A DNA stretch of 64,000 bases from Octopus bimaculoides (Eukaryota): the NCBI RefSeq assembly GCF_001194135.2, contig NC_068985.1, positions 866,245 to 930,244 on the forward strand, given 5' to 3'. Every line of letters begins with the position of its first letter. Position 1 is the first letter of the stretch. Under the pieces are notes generated by a model. That model was not told where the DNA came from and did no database searches. It saw only the letters and a program-made list of their open reading frames with translations. A program made the translations under genes and the position numbers. Below, piece after piece: positions 1-10,664 of the stretch.

Positions 1-58
1 CTGGTGTTTTTGTTCTCTTACTGATGCTGCAGTTAAAAAGGGATGAATACTATAATAA

Positions 59-80
59 TGATGATGATGATGATGATGAA

Positions 81-126
<46 letters not shown>
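59..126. repeat. (GAT)n microsatellite
   Basis: Near-perfect GAT run read directly. Confidence 0.95.
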
Positions 127-446
127 TACTAATCACTACAATATACTCACTAACAAACCACTACTATGACAACAAAATCTATATTTCATTCTGAATGCTA
201 TTAAGTGTCCTTCATTTTTTAAGAGAGTATGTATGATTTGAGGGGAAGTTGGGTGTTATTTCTACAATGTCATGTTAGATGTGTTGGCTCAAACAACAGT
301 CTTTAGGTATGAATGTGCATATGTGTGCGTGAGAGTGTATGTATGTACGTATGTATGTATGAGTGTGTATGTATGCATGTATGTATGTGTGTGTGTGTGT
401 GTATGTATGCATGTATGTATGTATGTACGTACATATGTGTGTATAT

Positions 447-765
447 GGTGAAGGAGCATGACTTAGTCGTTGGGGCATTCAGCTCACAATCATAAGATCA
501 TGAGTTCAATTCCCGGTGACGCGTTGTCTCCCTGAGCAAGACACTTTATTTCTCGTTGCTCCAGTCCACTCAGCTGGCAAAAATGAATTGTACCTGTAAT
601 TCAAAGGGTCAGCCTTGTCACACTCTGTGTCATGCTGAATCTCCCTGAGAACAACATTAAGGTACAAGTGTCTGTGGAGTGCTCAGCCACTTGCACGTTA
701 ATTTCACGAGCAAGCTGTTCTGTTGATCGTATCAGCTGGGATGCTCGTCGTAACCAACGGAGTGC
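447..765 (+). mobile_element. tRNA-derived SINE, family A (CORE-like centre)
   Basis: tRNA-like head with B box GTTCAATTCC (504-513), then CTGAGCAAGACACTTTATTTC; body shared with copies at 23400 and 54713. Confidence 0.8.
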
Positions 766-1085
766 GCCTTAAATGTATGTTCCCTTCTGCCTTTCATTGC
801 TTAATTTCTTCCTCTGAGGAAGGAGCTGCTCCCTAATAAAGATACAAAGCTCCCTCATTGGAATGTAGATGACAAATACAACGTCACATTTTAAACTCAG
901 GAAAAGTCCACCAAGAGATTGTGTTTGTAATGTGCAATTCAATTGGTTGATTTCTTTTACTGCAAACCATTTCTTTTCAAGATTGTCTCTTAGGCATTTA
1001 CTCACAAGACCAATTATAATTGGTATAAAAGCGAATTTATGATTTGGATATAAACGATGGAGACTTTGAAGAAGTTGTCCCTAGT

Positions 1086-1190
1086 TATCTTCTTTCTCTT
1101 TGACTGGTATGTATGCATGTATTATTGTATGTACGTATGTATGTACACATGCATGTATGCATGTATGTACGTATGCATGTATGTGTGCAT
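1086..1190. repeat. (TATG)n/(CATG)n microsatellite at the 3' junction of an RLE LINE
   Basis: Read directly. Confidence 0.9.
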
Positions 1191-1193
1191 GTC

Positions 1194-2184
1194 ATTATTC
1201 AGTTTATTTCAAGATTTCTTGCCAATAGAGAAAGAACCAGTTTCTAACCTAGATCCAAGATTCCTTCATTAGAAGTTCAACATCAACAACAGGGTATATT
1301 TGTTTCTATGTATGTATGTATGTATGTATGTATGCATACATGCATGCATATATGTGCAGATTTGTATTTTTTGTTTTACGTATGTCTTCTCATGCATATA
1401 GTTACATATCTAGACATCCTCATATATATTTGAATGATAAACTTCTGGAAAGTTTTACAGATTTTTACAGTTCCAGTGATGGATTGGATCTGTAGTCTTT
1501 GAATTAGCTTTCTCCTTTCTGGTTTTGAGAAGCCTAATTTATCAAGATTGGTATTTAGGCAGTGTGTTACAAATCCCAGGGCCACAATAATTACTGGTAT
1601 AAACCTGAGCTTGTAATCTGGATAGAGTAACTGCAGATTTCTCAATAGTTCAGTATAAGTGTTTTCTTTTTCACTGATCTTCAGTTTTATGTTAACATCC
1701 ATTGGGCAGCTAATTTTCACAGCTGTACGCAGTTTTTCTTCTCTATCTCAAATCATTATATCAGGTCTGTTGTGCTTACAGTTTATTGAGATCATCACTG
1801 GTATATTCCACCAGTATACCGTGATGACATTCTTGGACAACTGCTTATGATGCGGGTGATATCTTCAGTGTGAACTGCACAAAGTCTGCAATGGTTGTCA
1901 CATTTTACTGCTTTTCCCGCATCTCTATCCCTTTTGTGCATCAGGTATTTGGTTGATATTTCCTGTTCCTGGATTGCAAATGCTTACCCTTCAAAGTGGG
2001 AGGTAGTTATCCAGCTGTTGGTCCATGATAAACTGCTTTGATGATCGATGTTGCTATCATCACGGAGCTTTCTACTGACATATCCATGCAGAGCCTTCTG
2101 CTCATATAGGCTTGCTGTTTATGCAGAAATAATGTGTGTGCTTGTTAGTATTTTTGGGGTTTTCACATCAATGGTTTGGAGCTC

Positions 2185-2186
<2 letters not shown>
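1194..2186 (-). mobile_element. 5'-truncated, internally deleted RLE non-LTR retrotransposon (R4/Dong-like), family R-TACA, including 3' UTR
   Basis: Minus strand gives EISTKYLMHKRDRDAG..CRLCAVHTEDITRIISSC (zinc knuckle), NRPDIMI.DREEK..ISCP..SEKENTY (PD-(D/E)xK nuclease region) and FIPVIIVALG..KTFQKF. Homologous pieces at 14605, 34497 and 44557. Confidence 0.85.
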
Positions 2187-2215
<29 letters not shown>

Positions 2216-2485
2216 TGTATGTATGTATGTATATATGTATGTATGTATGCATGCATGTGTGTGTATGTATATATGCATGCATGTATGTATATGTGCATGT
2301 ATGTATGTGTATGTACATGTATATGTATGTATATATATGTGTGTATGCATGTATGTGCGTATGCATGCATGTATATGTGTGTGTGTATGTATATATGTAT
2401 GCATGCATGCATGCATGTATGTATGTATGCATGTATGTATATGTGCATGTATGTATGTGTATGTATGTCTGTATGTGTGTATGAA
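2186..2485. repeat. Compound (TATG)n/(TG)n/(CATG)n microsatellite
   Basis: Read directly; source of many spurious CVYM/HTHI ORFs. Confidence 0.95.
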
Positions 2486-2561
2486 TGTACGTTCATAGAC
2501 AAGAGGAAATATTTCATGGTAAATCCATTGATCCCTGTATTGTTATTTCTTTTTTTTGCAG

Positions 2562-2678
2562 GAAAACCATCTGCAATCAACAGGTTCGTCTTCCCAGGAT
2601 GAAGTCAGGAGGGGCCCCGGAATGGCACACGAGCAGAGTGACTCATTTGTCATCAGAGGATTAGCAGCCCAACTATAG
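2562..2678 (+). CDS. Candidate terminal coding exon (ENHLQSTGSSSQDEVRRGPGMAHEQSDSFVIRGLAAQL*), product unknown
   Basis: Strong acceptor TTATTTCTTTTTTTTGCAG ending at 2561, then GC-richer non-repetitive sequence. The true frame is uncertain, no upstream exon was identified and no homology was recognised. Confidence 0.3.
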   Translation, partial: ENHLQSTGSSSQDEVRRGPGMAHEQSDSFVIRGLAAQL

Positions 2679-2771
2679 GGAGGGGAGGAAGTGTCTTCTT
2701 TCAAATCCTCCCCCACCTCTTTAGCACTACCACCACTAATAACACCACCACCACCACCAAGTCAACTCCCC

Positions 2772-2772
<1 letters not shown>

Positions 2773-2830
<58 letters not shown>
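2773..2830. repeat. (CAT)n microsatellite with neighbouring (CAC)n and (CAG)n
   Basis: Read directly. Confidence 0.95.
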
Positions 2831-2831
<1 letters not shown>

Positions 2832-3427
2832 TCTCTGTGGCAGCAGCAGCAGCAGCAGAACTTCTCTCATCAATCACTTCATTCGCCCCTACCTGCAAAC
2901 AGTTTCCACCGAAAAAATTTCTTATTTGCTGAATTACTCAACTAATTAGGAGTGTCTTATTTACTGTAGTTTTTAATTAGAAATTTAATTAGTTCTTTGA
3001 AATCTGCAACAAAACTTTGCAAAACAAAGATGTTAGATGAGTTATAAAATATATGCAAAATATTCTTTATAAAAGTGCTTCTCATTTATAAAAAAAAAAG
3101 AAAAAAGATCTAATGATGGAATTGTCAAGAACTGTCAACTTACCAGGAGAACTATGACATGCATAGAACAGAAGATCAATCATGCAAAAATTCTTCTGCC
3201 AGAATCAAAAGTGAAAGTATGTTATCAGAATGAATGGAGAGCAAGCTTATCCAAACCACATCCTACATTCTTAAAACGTGAAGGACACATTGGATAATGT
3301 AGTCCAAGCTGAGCTTATGTAGAAAGGGCTGTTGTCCTGGGATAGAACAGTATCATCTCAAATCAGAAATCAAGCATCTACTGGGTAGCTTGACTTAATT
3401 TAGTTAGGAGTCAAGTTTCTCTTGAAT

Positions 3428-3690
3428 TGCATCATCATCACCATTATCATCATCAATGTCCGTTTTTCATGCTGGCATGGGTTGGAAGGTTTGGCAGAAG
3501 CTGGTAAGGCTGGAGGCTGCACCAGGCTCCATTGTATGGTTTCTGTGGCTTGCTGTCCTTCCTAACGCCAACTACTTTACAGAGCGTATGGAGTACTTTG
3601 CATGTAGCACCAATGCTTTTCATGTAGTGCCACTGCTTTTCACTTGGCACCAGCACCAGTGCTCCTTTATATGGTATCCACACTAGTGCT
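3428..3690 (-). mobile_element. Short RTE 3'-end copy (or RTE-tailed SINE) with (GAT)n tail
   Basis: CATCATCAATGTCCGTTTTTCATGCTGGCATGGGTTGG..CCTTCCTAACGCCAAC is the reverse complement of the 3' ends of the RTE copies ending at 5572 and 36500. Confidence 0.8.
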
Positions 3691-3854
3691 CCAGAAAACT
3701 ACAATGTCCTAAAAATTCTTTCCATTCCTAAAATACCAGCTTGACCAAAACAAGTTGATCCCTTTAAACATTACACAAGCCACTTGCATAATGTCTATTT
3801 GGTTCCCCTCCATAGATTTCCATTTTGCATCTAAATATTATTATAGATAGAAGT

Positions 3855-4801
3855 AATTAAGGGGGCATCAAATTACTAGAGCAGGTAATGAAAGTTGTGG
3901 AAAGAGTTAGAGCCCAATTAATTAGGAACAGAATGAGACTGGATTGAATGCAATGCAGTTTGGCTTTGTCTTGGAAAGAAGCACCACAGATGCCATTTTC
4001 ATAGTCAGGCAACTGCAAGAGAAGCGTTTAGCTAAGAACAAGCCATTGTACTTGGCATTTGTTGATCTAGAAAACCCTTCAACAGACTGCCTTGGTCTCT
4101 GAGGAAGCGAGTGATAGATGAATGGCATGGGAAAGACGTAGAGGCCATGGACAGGGGTGCTGTTAGTGAGGTAAGAGTGGACCATGGGTACAGTGATGAA
4201 TTTAGTGTACAGGTAGGTGTCCACTAAGGGTCAGTCCTTAGCCCCATCTTATTTATCATTGTCCTCCAGGACATAACAGAATAATTTAAGACTGGAATTC
4301 CATGGGAACTCCTATATGCTGATGATCTTGCCCACAGAGCAGAATCTGTAACAGAATTAGAAAAGAAATTCAAAGTTCAGAATCAGAACCCGGAATCAAG
4401 GGGTCTTAAAAGACCAAAGTCCTAGTGAGCAAGAAATCAGACAAGACCCTTCCCCCTTCCAGTAAATGGCCCTGCTTGATATGTAGGAAGGGCGTAGGCA
4501 GAAATTCCATTTTGTGTACTCAGTACAAGCTATGGACACATAAAAGGTGCAGTGGATTAGTAGGAATGGTTAACAGAGAAAGTAGTGTTTGTATGTGGAA
4601 GATACACAGGAGACATAATCACAGATACATGGGAAACTGATTTCCTTAAATGTCCTGGTGGCTCTCTGGAAGTTGTAGATAATATCTGCTACCTAGGTGG
4701 CTTAATTAGTAGCGGAGGGGTTTGTAGAGAAAGTGTAATTGCTAGAATAAGAATAGGATGGAGAAAAATCAGAGAGCTTTAACCTTTGTTTGCAACCAAA
4801 G

Positions 4802-4861
<60 letters not shown>

Positions 4862-4862
4862 G

Positions 4863-4907
<45 letters not shown>

Positions 4908-5572
4908 GTGAAGGGAAGTTTGTATGGTGCATATGTATGAACTGTGATGCTGCATGGTAGTGAGACGTTGAAAGTGTATGCAGAGGACCTGTGAAGGCTG
5001 GAGAGGGAGAAAGCTGGTATGCTCTACCAAATATGCCGTGTCAGTGTGCTTGTGTGATAGAGCGCTGGTGTGCTGAGAGAGAATTTAGGCATAAGAGAAA
5101 TTATATGCTGTGTGCTGACAGCTCCATAAAGAAGTGCTGATCTCTCAAAATGGATGGAACACCTGGAAGACTTAGGAAAATATGGTATGAAGTGCTGAAG
5201 AACGACCTCAGGATGCCAAACCTTTCAGGTGAGATGACAGAGCATCAAAATTCTTAGCACCTTGCAGTACTCAAGAAGACCCATACTCCACTGCAGAATT
5301 ATTAAGACCGGTCCTTCTGGTATTGTAAAGCACTCATGGCAGTGACACATAAAAGCACCCGTGTGTTGCCATATAAAGTGCACATGTGGAACCATGTATA
5401 TGCACCCAGCACAGCCTGTAAAGTGGTTGGTGTTAGGAAGGGCATCCAGCTGTAGAGACCATGCCACAACAGACTGGAGTCAGGTGCAGCCCTGCCAGAT
5501 TGCCAACTCTGGTCAAACCGTCCAGCTCGTGCCAGCAGGGACAATGGACGTTAAACGATGATGATGATGATG
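3855..5572 (+). mobile_element. Decayed RTE LINE (RT domain to 3' tail), copy A
   Basis: Frameshifted RGIKLLEQVMKVVERV, MQFGFV..STTDAIFIVRQLQEK, PILFIIVLQDI, ELLYADDL, EVVDNICYLGGLISSGG..IARIRIGWRK; ends GGACGTTAAACGATGATGATG. Confidence 0.9.
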
Positions 5573-6065
5573 GTGTGCAAGAGAGGAAACTGCGCTGGTT
5601 TGGTCATGTGATGCAGATGGATGAAGACAGTTGCATGAAGTGCCTTTCACTTAATGTGGAAGGAGGTTACGGAAGAGGGAAACCCAGGAAGACATGTATT
5701 GAAGGTCGATTTCAAAATGCGGTGCCTTACACAGGAGATAACAGAAGACTGAGGTTTGTGGCACATTGTCACTGTACTCAAGAGGATCTACTTACCACAC
5801 CAGAACTGATATCCTAAATCTAAGGTGCCACATAAAAGTATTGGTGTGGGTGCTGGTGCCATGTAAAAAAGCATTGGTGATGGTGCCATAGTTGGCAAGC
5901 AGTACATTTTGCAAAGTGGTTGGTATTAGGAAGGGCATCTGACTGTAGAAACCAAGCCAAAGCAGGACTAAGGAATGTGGTGTTACCCCTGGCCTTATCA
6001 GTTCCTGTCAAGTCATCCAACCCATGGAAAAATGGATATTAAATGATGATGATGATGATGATGAC
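5572..6065 (+). mobile_element. Second, 5'-truncated RTE copy B, head-to-tail with copy A
   Basis: VQERKLRWFGHVMQMDEDSCMK..GRGKPRKT, then 3' UTR and a (GAT)n tail. Confidence 0.85.
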
Positions 6066-6411
6066 TGATTGATTGATTGATGATTGACGATGATTGATGA
6101 TGATGATGATGATTGATGAGCTGCTTCTTGATTCTGCTACCTTGTTTGGCTTTTCAGGTCTCTCAGTCAGATAAACTGAGGAGTTCTTTGAAGAAGGCAT
6201 GATCAAAAGAGCTCAAGCAACAATGATGTCTCATGCAAGAGTTGCAAAGAGAGTCAGGGAGTTTGTTGCAAGGAAGCATAGAAAGGAGAAACTACAACAT
6301 TGTCTTGATGCTGAGCAAGAAGGCCTGCAAGCAACAAAGTGTTCTTGACTCTAAATCATCTTTTAGCTACAGCAATTAAGAGAATTGCATTTCCAAACTA
6401 CTTGAGTCTGG

Positions 6412-6682
6412 AGTAAAGATTATTTTCCAACATAACATGGCATTCCTGGTTTAGGATGAATGTTGCTGTAATTTAGCCCCAGGAGACATCGTCTCCAGCT
6501 GGCTATACAATACACGGATATTGTTTTGAGTTGAGTGGGGGTGCTAGATTCCCTTGTTTGAAAATATAAGGACACAGATCGTGTTGTATAGCCAGCTGGA
6601 GACGATGTCTCCTGGGGTTAAATTACAGCAACATTCGTCCTAAACCAGGACTGCCATGTTATGTTGGCAAACAATCTTTACT
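6412..6682. mobile_element. Palindromic non-autonomous element with ~100-bp inverted arms
   Basis: 6412-6510 and 6582-6682 are reverse complements with about 5 mismatches; no clear TSD. Confidence 0.8.
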
Positions 6683-8654
6683 ACAAAGTACTGTTGCTGA
6701 ATATCTCTCGTTGTGAGATTTACAAATAGTAATTTTCTTCTGGAGTCTTTCTGTGATTTGGAATACCATTCAATATGTAAAAGAAACAAAAGGGCTTCGG
6801 ATCATCTGGCTTGATATGGTACATGTTTATGGCTCACTATTCTTCAAGGGCTGATAGTTATGTGCCTTTCCACCATGAGACTCATAGCTGACTGGAACAT
6901 ACTCCAAGCAACTAAATGCAAGTAAATAATTTTGAAAGTAACTTTCTTTCTATAGTCCAACCCATGCTAGCATGGAAAGCGGACGTTAAACGATTAAACG
7001 AAACTTGCTTCACAGAAATTAAGGTGCAAAACCCCTGCTGGCATTTATATCCTTTGATGGAGAGGTTTAAAGTAGTGGATGCTCACAGCCAAGTAATTTT
7101 ATGAGATTCAGCAGACATCATTTTCTGTGTGACTCAGTCAGTAAGAAATTTTGTTTTATTACCCTAAATATACTCTTGGGGTGGAGAGACTTGTGTAGAA
7201 CTCACAGCTGGACTTGATTGGATGCTGTTTTGTTGCATCTGTTCTGGTCTGTAAAGGTAGGTGGAAGATAATTACTAAAGAATTCATCAGATGTAACAAA
7301 AGAGTGCAGTGTAATTGTGGAATCAATGAAAACAGGTTGTGTGAGAGATGGCTGAAGTTTCTCTTGAGTTTAACATTTGAACTGCTTCATCCGAGGTCAA
7401 ATTTATATGATGAAGCTGGAGAGTGACACCTGAAGTATTATTTGCTACATGTCTAGAACATATTGGAGTCTAACCAAATACTAAACATCTTTGTTAGTGA
7501 ACTAAAATAACAACACATCACGAGAGGACACCATGTTGTTGTTTCCTACAAAAGCAGGAAAAGAAAAGGCAAATTGTCAACATAGATAAATGGACACCAA
7601 AATCAAGATTCTAAATGATGTTAATGATGGGAAGGTATTAGTAGATTTGAAGAAAATCAGTACTTTCTTCATAATTCACTGAATGGAAGAACTGTCTTTG
7701 GTGTTTGCTTTCCATTTTTTAAATTTCTTCAAAGCAATCTTTTGATATTCACCCCTAATTTGGTTTTTATTGTCTTTTGTATAACATAATGTTTGAGCAC
7801 ATTGCATTTCGTTATGGCATCATCACAGAATAATCAAATAATCAAATGCTACAAAATATCATTATTCTCATTTATCATGAAAGAAAAGACTCTATTTTCT
7901 TTTTCTTGGTGTTCTTTTTAATTGTTTTTACATGATGTAGGGAGAGGGGAATGAAAAAATTTACTCTAAACACACTAATAAATGATTAATTAATGGTAAC
8001 AAGGCGGCAAAATAATCAAAACAATTGCAAAGCTCAACATCAGACACAAATACCCTTGCAGCACTGACGAAATCAAATAACTCACTGACATTTGCCAGCA
8101 ATTATTTCTATTATTCTCCATTAAACATGGTTAACTATATACTTTAGTAATTTCCTCTTATTAACAGGAGACTGGTGTTTTAGTTTATTGGGTTTTTAGC
8201 TTTTGGATAGAAAATACACTGAGCTACCCTATACCAATTCTGTAACCCAAACAAATGGCTATCATGGCTACACAAGTTGTGCGGTTGGAGTCCTGTGGCA
8301 AGCATTCAGTGTTGTTTTCCATCCATGGGGTTTTTTACTGAGTATATTACAAACGATTATTTATAACTGTATTTATACTTTGAGGTGCAGTTAAATGTCT
8401 TATTTACATATTTTTCAATGCATCTACGCTTATGATTTAAATTATACATATTCATATATATATATATATATATGTATAAACAAAGAGGGATTATTTAGGT
8501 ATTAGTAGATAAAAATACACCAGGTTAACAAACAGGTCATGTGATCAGCATTGGGCTTCAAATAATCCTAAATCAACGTTTGTCACTTGTTGGTCTGTTA
8601 TGACTCTGAAATAGTTGTAAGCTTCTAATAAATAAACATATATAACCCATTATT

Positions 8655-8685
<31 letters not shown>

Positions 8686-8874
8686 GCCTGCTTGTCTCGC
8701 TCTATCTATCTATCTGTATGTGTGTGTGTGTGTGTATTAACAGTTAGCCCTACAGAGGGGGAGCTCAGTCAGTTTCTATGGAAGCACACTGAATCCCTAG
8801 ATGGCTTGTTGTTGATAAATATATAAATTTTTTGTATTGAGAATGAAACCAACCTGTTCCCAGACTGGTAATAC

Positions 8875-8912
<38 letters not shown>

Positions 8913-9187
8913 CGTCAAGTTTCATGAAGGTCTGNNNNNNNNNNNNNNNNNNNNNNNNNNNNNNNNNNNNNNNNNNNNNNNNNNNNNNNNNNNNNNNNNN
9001 NNNNNNNNNNNNNNNNNNNNNNNNNNNNNNNNNNNNNNNNNNNNNNNNNNNNNNNNNNNNNNNNNNNNNNNNNNNNNNNNNNNNNNNNNNNNNNNNNNNN
9101 NNNNNNNNNNNNNNNNNNNNNNNNNNNNNNNNNNNNNNNNNNNNNNNNNNNNNNNNNNNNNNNNNNNNNNNNNNNNNNNNNNNNTAT

Positions 9188-9385
9188 ATATCATCATCAT
9201 CATCATTTAATGTCCATTTAACGGCATGGGTTCGATGGTTTGATTGAGGAATGGTAAGCCAGTAGGCTGCACCAGGCTCCAGTCTAATCTGGCAAGGTTT
9301 GTATGGCTGGGTGCCCTTCCTAATGCCAACTTCTGAGAGTGTAGTGGGTGCTTTTTATGTGCCACCGACATGGGAACCAGATATA
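9188..9385 (-). mobile_element. Short RTE 3'-end copy
   Basis: (CAT)n-TTAATGTCC..GCACCAGGCTCC..GCCCTTCCTAATGCCAAC module. Confidence 0.8.
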
Positions 9386-9880
9386 ACTGTAGGGGGTTTG
9401 TAAGTTTCAAGCAGTCTGTATTAAGTATAAATTCCAACTTTCAGGAGCAATATTAATTTGTTGATGTCAAAGTTTGTAGGTTTTTCTCATATTGAGGTTT
9501 GATAAGCTGAAAAAAATGTTTCATTGCGCATGGTTAGTAACTTAAGTTGCTATAGATGGGAATAAAAATCCAAATTGAGGGAATGGAGCAGGTCAAATTC
9601 CAGGTGACATATGTTTCCTAGGTAACAGATCCTCTGATGTAATAATTACTCAACGAGGGGTGCTCAGCTAGCTACTCATCACGCTGAAGTTACCTTAATT
9701 ATATGAAGGTTGCATGAAGGTAAGCTTCATATAATTAAGTTATCTTTGGCCTGATGAGTAACCAGCTCAACCACAATCTTTACTCTGGATGTTGTTTCCA
9801 ATGCTGCTCATTCTACAAACCATCCAATAATACCCCCAGGACGAATCGGCATAGCTGTCCATATCATCTAAACTGCAAGC

Positions 9881-10092
9881 AATTGGGGGAGACAAACAAA
9901 GACACAAAGACATGCACACACACACACATGCTCTTGACTTCTTTCAGTTTCTGTCTACCAAATCCACTCACAAGACTTTGGTCAGCCCTGGGCTATAGTA
10001 GAAGACATGTGCCCAATGTGCCATACAGTGGGACTGAACCCATAACCATGTGGTTGGGAAACAAACTTTTTATCACACAGCCATGCCTGCAC
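9881..10092 (-). mobile_element. tRNA-derived SINE, family C
   Basis: CTTTCAGTTTCTGTCTACCAAATCCACTCACAAG..CAGTGGGACTGAACCC..CAGCCATGCCTGC; matches copies at 41478 and 58642. Confidence 0.8.
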
Positions 10093-10664
10093 CTATGTAC
10101 TGATAATTTTTCAGTTTTGTCGATCTAGTCCAGATACAATTCCAACCATATTTAAACTTGGTAAATTAGTTTTCACAGAATCAGCTTCAGTGCATTTTTA
10201 GATACCTCTAATAGTAATTGGAGATGTGACCACCTTATTAGACTTCACAGCCGTTCCATCACCAAAACAGAAACTTCTGCCAGATTTACTAATCTTATCA
10301 TTCACTTTAACAAGAAACGTTTCTAATCGATCACCCATGCAGCCACATCCTCCATCCTCCATTGCAGTTGCACCTTGTGTTAATGAAGTGGTCATCTCAA
10401 ATACAAAGTCCACTTCCACCATATACACACACGTACACATACAAAAGGCTTTTGGCAGTGGGCCCTAGGGTTGGAAACAGGAGCAGGACTTACGGTGGAA
10501 GTCCAAGAGATTAGCCTGTTCTGCTGAGAGGTTTAGTGATAGTTCAATCTTGATAATCTTTTAGTTATGGTTTAAAGAGCAGATTTTCCTTTATGAAACT
10601 TTTAACAGAAAACCAAAGGTATTCTGAAGGAAAATGTAACCATCTCTTATCACAAAAAGTAATA

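Noticed and set aside
769-1005. 78-aa minus-strand ORF with faint similarity to a mariner C-terminus
   Set aside because: No D-D-D or YSPDL motif and no TIR; the similarity is too weak.
1057-1092. METLKKLSLVIFFLFDW signal-peptide-like start with a GTATGT donor that could splice to 2562
   Set aside because: The donor is simply the first bases of a (TATG)n repeat, so it is expected by chance.
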